Shown here: positions 1 through 7,511 of the stretch, one piece after another | Layout: each line of letters opens with the position of its first letter | Numbering within the stretch: the first letter of the stretch is position 1 | DNA from: an uncultured Clostridium sp. | Lineage (GTDB): Bacteria; Bacillota; Clostridia; TANB77; CAG-508 | Reading direction: 5' to 3' | Assembly (NCBI GenBank): GCA_900552135.1 | Contig: URYN01000008.1 | Coordinates: forward strand, 21,326 to 85,325 | DNA: 64,000 nt | Translations under genes and position numbers: made by a program | The notes under the pieces: generated by a model | Told to the model about the DNA's origin: nothing | The model's input: the letters and a program-made list of their open reading frames with translations, nothing else | Databases searched by the model: none

Positions 1-409
1 AGAGAAAAAATTACCAATATTTGATGAAATAATAAAATGGCTAGATGTATATTTTTCTGGAAAAAAACCAACTTTTATTCCAAAATACAAAGTAAATAAT
101 AGCACTCCTTTTAGAGATAGAGTAAACAATATAATGAACAAGATTGAATATGGAAAAACGATAACTTATAATGACATTGCAAAAGAAATAGCTAAGGAAC
201 TAAGGATAACAAGAATGTCTGCACAGGCTGTAGGAGGAGCTGTTGGAGCAAATCCGATTTGCATTATTATCCCATGCCATAGAGTAGTTGCTACAAATGG
301 ATCCCTTACCGGATATGGTGGAGGAATAAAAAATAAGATAAAATTGTTAGAACTAGAAGGTTTAGATATGAGTAAGTTTATTATTCCTACAAAAGGGACA
401 GCATTATAA
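1..409 (+). CDS. ogt: Methylated-DNA-protein-cysteine S-methyltransferase (Ogt/MGMT), 5' end cut by window edge
   Basis: Frame-2 reading frame open from nt 2; C-terminal DNA-binding/active-site domain with IPCHRVV (PCHRV) motif. Confidence 0.8.
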   Translation, partial: EKKLPIFDEIIKWLDVYFSGKKPTFIPKYKVNNSTPFRDRVNNIMNKIEYGKTITYNDIAKEIAKELRITRMSAQAVGGAVGANPICIIIPCHRVVATNGSLTGYGGGIKNKIKLLELEGLDMSKFIIPTKGTAL

Positions 410-477
410 AAGCGTGAAGGAAATCTAAACATATAACAACCATAAAACAATAATATACTTTATAGATAGGAGTTTAC

Positions 478-1026
478 ATGGACAATAGAAAAAGATGCAA
501 GTGGTGCAATATGAAGAATCCACTATACATAAAATATCATGATGAGGAATGGTGTAGACCAAACTTTGATGAAAAATATTTATACGAGATGCTTACATTA
601 GAATCTTTTCAGGCTGGGCTTTCTTGGGAGTGTGTACTAAATAAAAGACAAGCTTTTGAGATGGCATATGATAACTTTAATATAGATAAAGTATGCCAAT
701 ATGATGATGAAAAGGTTCTAGAACTTCAACAAAACAAAGACATAATCAGAAATAAACTAAAGATAAAAGCAAGTATAAACAATTCTAAAATATTTAAGGA
801 TATTCAAAAAGAATTTGGCTCATTCGACAATTACTTAAAGACTTTTACAGATGGAAAAACATACTATGAAATAGATCAGACAACATCTCCACTCTCTGAT
901 GCTATTTCAAAAGACCTACAAAAAAGAGGAATGAAATTTGTAGGTTCAACAATAATATATTCGTATTTACAGGCAATAGGAGTAATTATATCACATGACA
1001 AAGATTGCTTCCTTTTCGCCCAATAG
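478..1026 (+). CDS. tag: DNA-3-methyladenine glycosylase I
   Basis: Cys-rich N-terminus (CKWCN), YHDEEWCRP and FQAGLSWECVL motifs typical of the Tag family; RBS-like AGGAG upstream. Confidence 0.8.
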   Translation: MDNRKRCKWCNMKNPLYIKYHDEEWCRPNFDEKYLYEMLTLESFQAGLSWECVLNKRQAFEMAYDNFNIDKVCQYDDEKVLELQQNKDIIRNKLKIKASINNSKIFKDIQKEFGSFDNYLKTFTDGKTYYEIDQTTSPLSDAISKDLQKRGMKFVGSTIIYSYLQAIGVIISHDKDCFLFAQ

Positions 1027-1046
1027 GGACGCCCCTTTTTGGGCGA
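1016..1046 (+). repeat. 31-nt GC-rich palindromic hairpin element, copy 1 (TCGCCCAATAGGGACGCCCCTTTTTGGGCGA) followed by T-run; acts as terminator of tag
   Basis: 8-bp stem TCGCCCAA/TTGGGCGA, 15-nt loop, then GCTCTTTTTTAT; same element recurs at 1134, 6996, 7464. Confidence 0.8.
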
Positions 1047-1133
1047 GCTCTTTTTTATATTGGTTTCTGATTGTTTGAATGTAAAAAAACTTAATTAATT
1101 ATTTTATTATTGATAATATAATTTCTAATTTTT

Positions 1134-1164
1134 TCGCCCAAAAAGGGGCGTCCCTATTGGGCGA
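1134..1164 (-). repeat. 31-nt GC-rich palindromic hairpin element, copy 2 (inverted relative to copy 1)
   Basis: Exact reverse complement of copy 1 (TCGCCCAAAAAGGGGCGTCCCTATTGGGCGA) 87 nt downstream across AT-rich spacer. Confidence 0.8.
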
Positions 1165-1250
1165 TTAGTATTATAATATATTGAAAAATATTTAAATATT
1201 TGATAATATGTGGTTATAAAAATTCTAATGAAGAAAGAGAGAGGTTTATT

Positions 1251-2201
1251 ATGGATGAAAAAAATAATAAGATTGAAAATTTAAATGGCTTTAAGGACTT
1301 AAGAATAGTTGATAATTTTTATCAAACTTCAAGTTTCTTTCCAATGCCAACCACAGAAATTGGAACATTAAGTGAAAGTGGAAAGACAAATTTGGGTTCA
1401 TATTCACTTTGCTTTCCTTATTACATTGCAGGAAAAGACTATTATGCAATGGTTCTTTGTTGTAGAAATAGTTCAAACACAGCAAAAAACATATTAAGAA
1501 CAGGAAAGTGCTCAATAAATTTTATAACAGATAATAGAAAATATTTTAAAGAAGCGGTTAGATTAGGCTATCCAGGAGAAACAACTGATGAAAAAATGAA
1601 AGATACAATATTCACACTTGTAGACGGAAAAAGAGCAAGAGAAAATTCTGAAGAAGAATTTCCAAAGATTGTACAAGAAGCTTTTCAAGTATTTGAATGT
1701 ACTTGGGTAAGAGAATTAGACAATGCTCGAGACGATAAAGTTCAAGAAGAATACCTTCCACCATACCATCAATTTAACGGAATCACAAGTAAATTTGGTG
1801 CTCATTTTATATTAAAAATAGATCATATTCTTATGAAACCAAAGTACTACGATGCTATAATAAATGGCGTTAATGCTTGGAACTTCCCAAGCGTTCCAGT
1901 TGATTATGGCTACCGTGACAATAAGAACTTTTGGTATACAAAATTTAAAAGACCAATTGCTGAACCAATTCCTGCAAGCAAAGGAATCAGTTTAGATACA
2001 GTAAAATATGCAGCATCAAGAATAGACCCGGATGTTAAATTTACTGATGAAGCGTGTGCAAAACTTGTAAAAGTACCAAGAGTATTTTTAAGTACAGTAT
2101 TAAAAGGATGCGTATCATGGGCAAAAGAAAACAATGTAAAATTAATCACAGAAAAGGAAATGGAAATAATTCAAGACAAGCGTAACAAAGAAAAGAAATA
2201 A
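1251..2201 (+). CDS. Hypothetical protein, N-terminal flavin-reductase-like (FMN-binding split-barrel) domain plus unknown C-terminal domain
   Basis: ORF 1200-2201; start moved to ATG 1251 after RBS AGAGAGAGG; weak family resemblance only. Confidence 0.4.
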   Translation: MDEKNNKIENLNGFKDLRIVDNFYQTSSFFPMPTTEIGTLSESGKTNLGSYSLCFPYYIAGKDYYAMVLCCRNSSNTAKNILRTGKCSINFITDNRKYFKEAVRLGYPGETTDEKMKDTIFTLVDGKRARENSEEEFPKIVQEAFQVFECTWVRELDNARDDKVQEEYLPPYHQFNGITSKFGAHFILKIDHILMKPKYYDAIINGVNAWNFPSVPVDYGYRDNKNFWYTKFKRPIAEPIPASKGISLDTVKYAASRIDPDVKFTDEACAKLVKVPRVFLSTVLKGCVSWAKENNVKLITEKEMEIIQDKRNKEKK

Positions 2202-2223
2202 TATATTTATCAAGGAGACTAAT

Positions 2224-2931
2224 GTGGAAAGAATAGACAAAATAATATCTTCACAGACAAATTATTCTAGAAAAGATGTCAAAAAGCTCATATCACAAAA
2301 GAAGATAAGAGTAAATGATGAGATTGTAAAAAGACCGGAACAGAAAGTGAATGAACAACAAGATGCAATATATATAGATGGAAATAAATTAGATATGAAG
2401 AAACACATATATTTAGTATTAAACAAGCCACAGGGGTATATATCAGCAACTGAAGATAGAACGGCAAAAACCGTATTGGACTTAGTACCAGAGCAATATA
2501 TAAGAAAAGGTTTGTTTCCAGCAGGAAGATTAGACAAAGACACAACTGGAATGATGATTATAACAGATGATGGAGAATTTGCACATAACATATTAGCTCC
2601 AAGAAAACACATAGAAAAAACATACAGAGTACAAATAGATATAGACATAACAGAAGAGATGAAAGAAAAGTTCAAACAAGGAATCGTTCTAAAAGACCAT
2701 GTATGTTGCCCTGCAACGATTGTAGTAGAAAACAAAAATACAGCATTAATAACAATAACAGAAGGAAAATATCATCAAATTAAAAGAATGTTTGGATGCT
2801 TTGGAGCAAAAGTAGTAAGATTGCATAGAATCTCAATGGGAGGCTTACAACTACCAAGTGATTTAATAGAAGGAAAGTGTAGAGAGCTAACAGCAGAAGA
2901 ACTAGAAAAAGTATGTAGAAGAGACAAGTAA
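2224..2931 (+). CDS. rsuA: rRNA pseudouridine synthase, RsuA/RluB family (S4 domain + catalytic RLDKDTTG motif)
   Basis: GTG start after AGGAG; GRLDKDTTGMMIITDDGE catalytic-Asp motif. Confidence 0.75.
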   Translation: MERIDKIISSQTNYSRKDVKKLISQKKIRVNDEIVKRPEQKVNEQQDAIYIDGNKLDMKKHIYLVLNKPQGYISATEDRTAKTVLDLVPEQYIRKGLFPAGRLDKDTTGMMIITDDGEFAHNILAPRKHIEKTYRVQIDIDITEEMKEKFKQGIVLKDHVCCPATIVVENKNTALITITEGKYHQIKRMFGCFGAKVVRLHRISMGGLQLPSDLIEGKCRELTAEELEKVCRRDK

Positions 2932-3044
2932 GAGACATAAAGATTGATGAAAATTTACACATTGAAATAAATCCAAGGCCGCAATATATAGGAGAACTCC
3001 TAAAAGAGGCTGTGAAAGCAGAAATGGAGAGATAGATAGCAAAA

Positions 3045-3686
3045 ATGAATATATTAAAACCTCAAAAGATGTTGTCTGATAATTTAAGAACTATTGAAGA
3101 TTTACAAAACGAATTAATGGAAAATGATGAATTAGAAAATGTTAAAGTAAAAGATTATTCAAATAACAATTTAGAAGTCTTTGATGTTACATGCAATAAG
3201 GCAGTGTTTAATAATGCCTCTATAATAAATAGTAGGTTCGAGAAAACATTTTTAACAGATGTAGAATTTACAAACTGTAATTTTTCAAACACTACATTTG
3301 ACAATTGTAGCTTCATAAGATGTGAATTTAATAATTGTAAGTTAACAGGATGTAACTTTATAGAAAATGTTTTATTTGATATAGGATTTATAGATTCGAA
3401 CATGAGCTATGCCAATATATCACTGAGCAATTTAAGAGGAATAATTTTTAATAATACATCAATCAGAAGCGGAAGTTTGCAGGAAAATAAAGTAAAGAAT
3501 ATAAATTTTAAAGAAGCGGACCTAAGAGGAATACAATTTTTTAAAACAAGCTTAAATGGAATTGACTTATCAAATAGTAATATAGATCAAATTGCAGTTT
3601 CACTTGAAGATATAAAAGGTGCAAAAATAAACCAAATGCAAGCAATAGATTTAATATCTTTATTGGGAGTAAAGGTAGTTGAATAA
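3045..3686 (+). CDS. Pentapeptide-repeat protein
   Basis: Long run of A(D/N)LxX-type pentapeptide repeats (CNFSNTTFDNCSFIRCEFNNCKLTGCNF...). Confidence 0.75.
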   Translation: MNILKPQKMLSDNLRTIEDLQNELMENDELENVKVKDYSNNNLEVFDVTCNKAVFNNASIINSRFEKTFLTDVEFTNCNFSNTTFDNCSFIRCEFNNCKLTGCNFIENVLFDIGFIDSNMSYANISLSNLRGIIFNNTSIRSGSLQENKVKNINFKEADLRGIQFFKTSLNGIDLSNSNIDQIAVSLEDIKGAKINQMQAIDLISLLGVKVVE

Positions 3687-3784
3687 TAAATGCATAATTG
3701 TTTGAAAAGAATTAAATATTTGCAACTAGCATTTTCTTCGGTGAAAATTTTTTGAAAAAATCTGTAAAATAATTAAAAATTTTA

Positions 3785-3814
3785 ATTGACTTTTTTTCTT
3801 TCTAAGTGGTATAA
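3785..3814 (+). promoter_or_regulatory. Sigma-A-like promoter (TTGACT-18-TGgTATAAT, extended -10) for the MATE fusion gene
   Basis: Seen directly in sequence upstream of RBS AAGGGGGAGG. Confidence 0.4.
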
Positions 3815-3911
3815 TAGGCAAGCTAACAAAAAAGAGAGTAAGGGTTGTGAGAAGAATTTAGTGTTCCTCTCCAACCTGATATTTATGTCTTTTTATCAAA
3901 AAGGGGGAGGA

Positions 3912-5930
3912 ATGAAAGAAAAAATGGAGCAAGAAAATATACTTGGAAAAGAAAAAATAGGTAAATTAATATTAAAATTTTCTATTCCTTGCATTGTTTC
4001 AATGTTGGTAAACTCATTATATAACATAGTAGACCAAATATTCATTGGACAAGGAGTAGGACCGCTAGGGAATGGTGCTACAAATGTAGTATTCCCACTA
4101 GTAATGATAGGCTTAGCATTTTCTTTAATGTTTGGAGATGGTGCATCAGCATATTTAAGCTTAAAACTTGGAGAAAAGAAGAAAAAAGAAGCAGAAATAG
4201 GAATTGGTAACGGAATATTATTATCTGCAATTGTATCAATATTTTTCTGTATAATCACATTAATCTTTTTACCACAATTTTTAACAATATTTGGCTGTAC
4301 TGAAAAATTAAGAGAATTCGCAATGATTTATGGTAAGATTATTGCAATTGGTCTTCCATTCTCTATGATTGGAACTACTTTGAATTCAATTATTAGAGCA
4401 GATGGAAATCCTAAATTTGCTATGATGAGCATGGTAGCAGGCGCAATTTTAAATACAATATTAGATCCAATATTCATATTTAAATTCGACATGGGAGTAG
4501 CTGGTGCAGCTATTGCTACTGTAATAAGCCAAGTGCTTACATTTGTATTAAACGTTGCATATATTAAGAAATTTAAATCTATACAATTATCAAAAGAAAG
4601 CTTTAAATTAAAAGCTGGAGTATGCAAGAAAGTTTCAATGCTTGGAATAAGTAGTTTTATTACTCAAATGAGTATTGTATGTGTTATGACTGCCGAAAAT
4701 AATTTACTTGGAAAATATGGTGCAAATAGCGAATACGGAGCCGAAACTCCAATTACGGTTCTTGGAATTGTAATGAAGATAAATCAAATATTAAATAGCA
4801 TAATAATAGGTATTGCTGCAGGAAGTCAACCTATAATTGGATATAATTATGGTGCTAAGAAATATGACAGAGTAAAGAAAACACTGAAGATTGTTCTAAG
4901 TTCAAGTTTAGTAATAAGTACAATAGCATTCATATTGTTCCAAACAATACCAGATAAATTAATCTTAATATTTGGTAATGGTGATGTAAAATACATGGAG
5001 TTTGCATGTTTAGCATTTAGAACATATTTATTACTTTGCATCTGTAATGGTGTTCAAATACCATCAGGAATTTTCTTTCAAGCAATCGGAAAAAGCACAA
5101 AGAGTGCTATATTATCACTTTCAAGACAAATTGTTATATTAATTCCTGCTATGATAATATTGAGTGGAATCTATGGAATAATGGGTGTATTAAGTGCTGG
5201 ACCGGTAGCTGATGGATTAGCGTTTGTATTGGCTGTTATACTTCTAATAAAAGAAACAAGAGGCATGAAGGCTGATGGAGTAGAAACAGAAAAAGCAGAA
5301 AGAAAAGAAATACCAGAAACTGCAGTAGCTAACAACGGAATTGTAATCACAATTGCAAGAGAATATGGTTCTGGCGGAAGATATATTGGAAAATTAGTTG
5401 CAGAAAGATTAGGAATTAAACTATACGATAAAAACATAATAGAAAAAATGTCAGAAGAAACAGGATTGGCAAAAGAATATATAAAAGACAACGAACAAAA
5501 AAGAACTGTTTTCGACAATTTCAATAATGGCTATTATGCTGGTCTGAATAACTCTGACGAACTATTTATACAAGAATCAAACTTAATAAAAGATTTAGCT
5601 GATAGGGAATCTTGTGTGATAGTTGGAAGATGTGCAGACTTCATATTAAAAGACAAAAAGAATGTTTTGAAAATATTTGTAAGTAGTAGTATGGAAAATA
5701 AAGTAAAAAGAGCAACAGAATTTTATCATATAGATAAGAAAAATGCAGAAAAAGAGATTACAAGAATAAATAAACTAAGAGCAAATCACTATGAATACTA
5801 TACAGAAAGAGGCTGGGAGACATCATCAAATTATGATATTTGCGTAAACAGCGATTCTATTGGAATCGACAATGTTGTAGACTTAATATGCAGTATAGTA
5901 GAGAAAAGTAAAGAATTTGCGGTTAAATAA
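3912..5930 (+). CDS. MATE-family efflux transporter fused to C-terminal cytidylate-kinase-like (Cytidylate_kin2) domain
   Basis: ORF 3786-5930; start at ATG 3912 after AAGGGGGAGG; ~12 TM MATE core then TIAREYGSGGRYIGKLVAERLGIKLYDK P-loop-like kinase-like domain in one continuous frame. Confidence 0.75.
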   Translation: MKEKMEQENILGKEKIGKLILKFSIPCIVSMLVNSLYNIVDQIFIGQGVGPLGNGATNVVFPLVMIGLAFSLMFGDGASAYLSLKLGEKKKKEAEIGIGNGILLSAIVSIFFCIITLIFLPQFLTIFGCTEKLREFAMIYGKIIAIGLPFSMIGTTLNSIIRADGNPKFAMMSMVAGAILNTILDPIFIFKFDMGVAGAAIATVISQVLTFVLNVAYIKKFKSIQLSKESFKLKAGVCKKVSMLGISSFITQMSIVCVMTAENNLLGKYGANSEYGAETPITVLGIVMKINQILNSIIIGIAAGSQPIIGYNYGAKKYDRVKKTLKIVLSSSLVISTIAFILFQTIPDKLILIFGNGDVKYMEFACLAFRTYLLLCICNGVQIPSGIFFQAIGKSTKSAILSLSRQIVILIPAMIILSGIYGIMGVLSAGPVADGLAFVLAVILLIKETRGMKADGVETEKAERKEIPETAVANNGIVITIAREYGSGGRYIGKLVAERLGIKLYDKNIIEKMSEETGLAKEYIKDNEQKRTVFDNFNNGYYAGLNNSDELFIQESNLIKDLADRESCVIVGRCADFILKDKKNVLKIFVSSSMENKVKRATEFYHIDKKNAEKEITRINKLRANHYEYYTERGWETSSNYDICVNSDSIGIDNVVDLICSIVEKSKEFAVK

Positions 5931-5975
5931 GGTTTAAAATATAAGCTTTTGGATAACATATTATGGGTGATTAGT

Positions 5976-6974
5976 ATGTTTAAGCCAAAGGCTTTATATT
6001 GTGAAAATAATATTGAAAATTATGTGCTTGGAAGAGAGCTATTAGAAAAATATGCTGATGTTCCAAGAGTGATAATTGACAATCATAATAATATTGAAGA
6101 AATGAGAAAGAAGCAAAATAAAGATTTTGCGGATATGAAACGAAATTTGATAATAGGAGTGAGGAAGACGCATAAGTTTGTTCCAAATCACAAGACATCA
6201 GATTTTCTAGTTCCATATACATCCTCTGGTTGTACAGCAATGTGTATGTACTGTTACCTTGTCTGCAATTACAACAAGTGTGCGTATTTGAGGCTATTTG
6301 TGAATAGAGAAGAGATGCTAGATAAAATTATAAGAACAGCACAAAATGCAGAAAAAGATTTAACCTTTGAAATTGGAAGTAATAGTGATTTAGTTTTAGA
6401 AAATACCATTACAAACAATTTAGTTTGGACGATTGAAAACTTTGCAAATACTTCGAAGGGACATTTAACTTTTCCTACCAAGTTTGATATGGTAGATGAT
6501 ATTCTGACTTTAAAACATAATGGAAAAGTTACTGTTAGAATGAGTGTGAATCCCGAAGAAATTATTAATAAGGTTGAATTTGGTACGTCAAGACTAAAAA
6601 ATAGAGTCCAGGCTATTAATAAATTAGCCGATGCCGACTATCCTATTGGAATTTTGATAGCACCAGTAATTTTAGTAGAAAATTGGAAAGAACTATACTC
6701 GAATTTGATAAAATATCTGTATGAAAATTTGAGCGAAAAGGCTAAGAAACATGCCTTTTTCGAAATTATTTTTATGACATACAGTTTTGTTCATAGAGCA
6801 ATAAATACAGAGGTATTTCCAAATGCCATAGATTTATATAATCCAGAATTGATGAGAGGCCGTGGAAGAGGAAAATATATGTATAAAGACTATATTCGTG
6901 AAGAAGGAGAAAAATTCTTACGAGAAGAAATGCAGAAATATTTTCCGCATAATCAGATTGAATATGTGGTATAA
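5976..6974 (+). CDS. splB: Spore photoproduct lyase (radical SAM)
   Basis: Radical-SAM cysteine cluster SGCTAMCMYCYL; overall SplB-like length; start ATG 5976 after GGTGA. Confidence 0.75.
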   Translation: MFKPKALYCENNIENYVLGRELLEKYADVPRVIIDNHNNIEEMRKKQNKDFADMKRNLIIGVRKTHKFVPNHKTSDFLVPYTSSGCTAMCMYCYLVCNYNKCAYLRLFVNREEMLDKIIRTAQNAEKDLTFEIGSNSDLVLENTITNNLVWTIENFANTSKGHLTFPTKFDMVDDILTLKHNGKVTVRMSVNPEEIINKVEFGTSRLKNRVQAINKLADADYPIGILIAPVILVENWKELYSNLIKYLYENLSEKAKKHAFFEIIFMTYSFVHRAINTEVFPNAIDLYNPELMRGRGRGKYMYKDYIREEGEKFLREEMQKYFPHNQIEYVV

Positions 6975-6995
6975 AGTTCAATTTTTGAACAGCCT

Positions 6996-7026
6996 TCGCC
7001 CATTGGGGACGTCCCTTTTTGGGCGA
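6996..7026 (+). repeat. 31-nt GC-rich palindromic hairpin element, copy 3 (TCGCCCATTGGGGACGTCCCTTTTTGGGCGA)
   Basis: Immediately after splB stop; near-identical to copies 1, 2 and 4. Confidence 0.8.
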
Positions 7027-7050
7027 AAAAGAGTACAAAATTTCCTTCGT

Positions 7051-7164
7051 CCACAAATTGTACAAATTGGAAATAGTACAATTTTTCCCCCGGAACTAAA
7101 TTGTACTGTCCTCGAATTGCAAATTGTAAAAAGTCCAAAATCTCCCCCGGAACCAAATTGTACT
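7051..7164 (+). repeat. Cluster of GTACAATTT/AAATTGTAC hairpin and 24-nt direct repeats (TTTCCCCCGGAACTAAATTGTACT at 7084-7107 and TCTCCCCCGGAACCAAATTGTACT at 7141-7164)
   Basis: Palindrome TTGTACAA 7057-7064; hairpin GTACAATTT-N13-AAATTGTAC 7076-7106; related element at 62837-62899. Confidence 0.7.
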
Positions 7165-7172
7165 AAAAGAGC

Positions 7173-7201
7173 TTGACATAAATATATTTAATTTGTATAA
7201 T
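7173..7201 (+). promoter_or_regulatory. Sigma-A consensus promoter (TTGACA-17-TATAAT) driving the SAM riboswitch/metK leader
   Basis: Perfect -35 and -10 hexamers with 17-nt spacer. Confidence 0.55.
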
Positions 7202-7218
7202 AGGTTTTGTAATATATA

Positions 7219-7326
7219 TATTATCAAGAGTGGACGAGAGAATCGGCTTTATGACTCCACAGCAACCTATTGGGTTAGGTGCTAATACCGACAAAGTTAC
7301 GGAAAGTACTTTGAATGATGATTTCT
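7219..7326 (+). ncRNA. SAM-I (S-box) riboswitch aptamer upstream of metK
   Basis: UUAUCAAGAG...GCAACC...GGUGCUAAUACC...GAAUGAUGA blocks match S-box P1/P2/P3 consensus in order; followed by intrinsic terminator; gene context (metK) is the canonical target. Confidence 0.65.
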
Positions 7327-7336
7327 AAGAATCGTT

Positions 7337-7370
7337 AAACTTTGTACCTGCGCAAGTACAAAGTTTTTTA
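7337..7370 (+). terminator. Riboswitch expression-platform intrinsic terminator (AAACTTTGTAC-loop-GTACAAAGTTTTTTT)
   Basis: 11-bp perfect stem plus U-run. Confidence 0.7.
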
Positions 7371-7463
7371 GCTTTTATAGAAATTAAAATTTATTTTAAT
7401 TAAATCAACTTGAGGGGAAAGAGACATTTGATAAGAAATGTATCTAATTGGGTTTTCAGTATA

Positions 7464-7494
7464 TCGCCCCAAAAGGGGCGTCCCCAATGGGCGA
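7464..7494 (-). repeat. 31-nt GC-rich palindromic hairpin element, copy 4, lying between riboswitch terminator and metK RBS
   Basis: TCGCCCCAAAAGGGGCGTCCCCAATGGGCGA; reverse complement matches copy 3 at 28/31. Confidence 0.8.
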
Positions 7495-7511
7495 TTTTGA
7501 AGGAGGAGAAT

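Noticed and set aside
166-450. Minus-strand ORFs overlapping well-supported plus-strand genes (e.g. 166-450, 2262-2735, 3896-4258, 41983-42528, 56188-56577, 60052-60435)
   Set aside because: They lie antisense to genes with clear family signatures, have no RBS, and have low-complexity hydrophobic translations typical of antisense frames in AT-rich DNA
3786-3911. Upstream extensions of ORFs (MATE at 3786, malQ at 11027, YhcG-adjacent orphan at 50998, coaD-like at 22012, GT-C at 43861)
   Set aside because: Extensions overlap promoters or upstream genes and lack an RBS; internal ATGs with good Shine-Dalgarno spacing and the family-typical N-termini were preferred
6862-7176. ORF 6862-7176 (and minus-strand 6772-7065, 6953-7156) across the splB 3' end and intergenic repeats
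   Set aside because: The frames are translations of the GC-rich hairpin and GTAC repeat elements (GRPQW/PPELNCT peptides), and 6862 overlaps the splB C-terminus; repeat DNA, not genes
7337-7366. Link between the metK terminator stem (AAACTTTGTAC/GTACAAAGTTT) and the GTACAATTT repeat family
   Set aside because: The shared TTGTAC/GTACAA core is short; the terminator is explained by the riboswitch expression platform, so similarity is likely coincidental
7410-7511. Upstream extension of the metK ORF to ATG 7410
   Set aside because: It would start inside the riboswitch-terminator region and read through hairpin copy 4; the canonical MetK N-terminus [17 protein letters not shown] starts at 7512 with a GGAGGAG RBS
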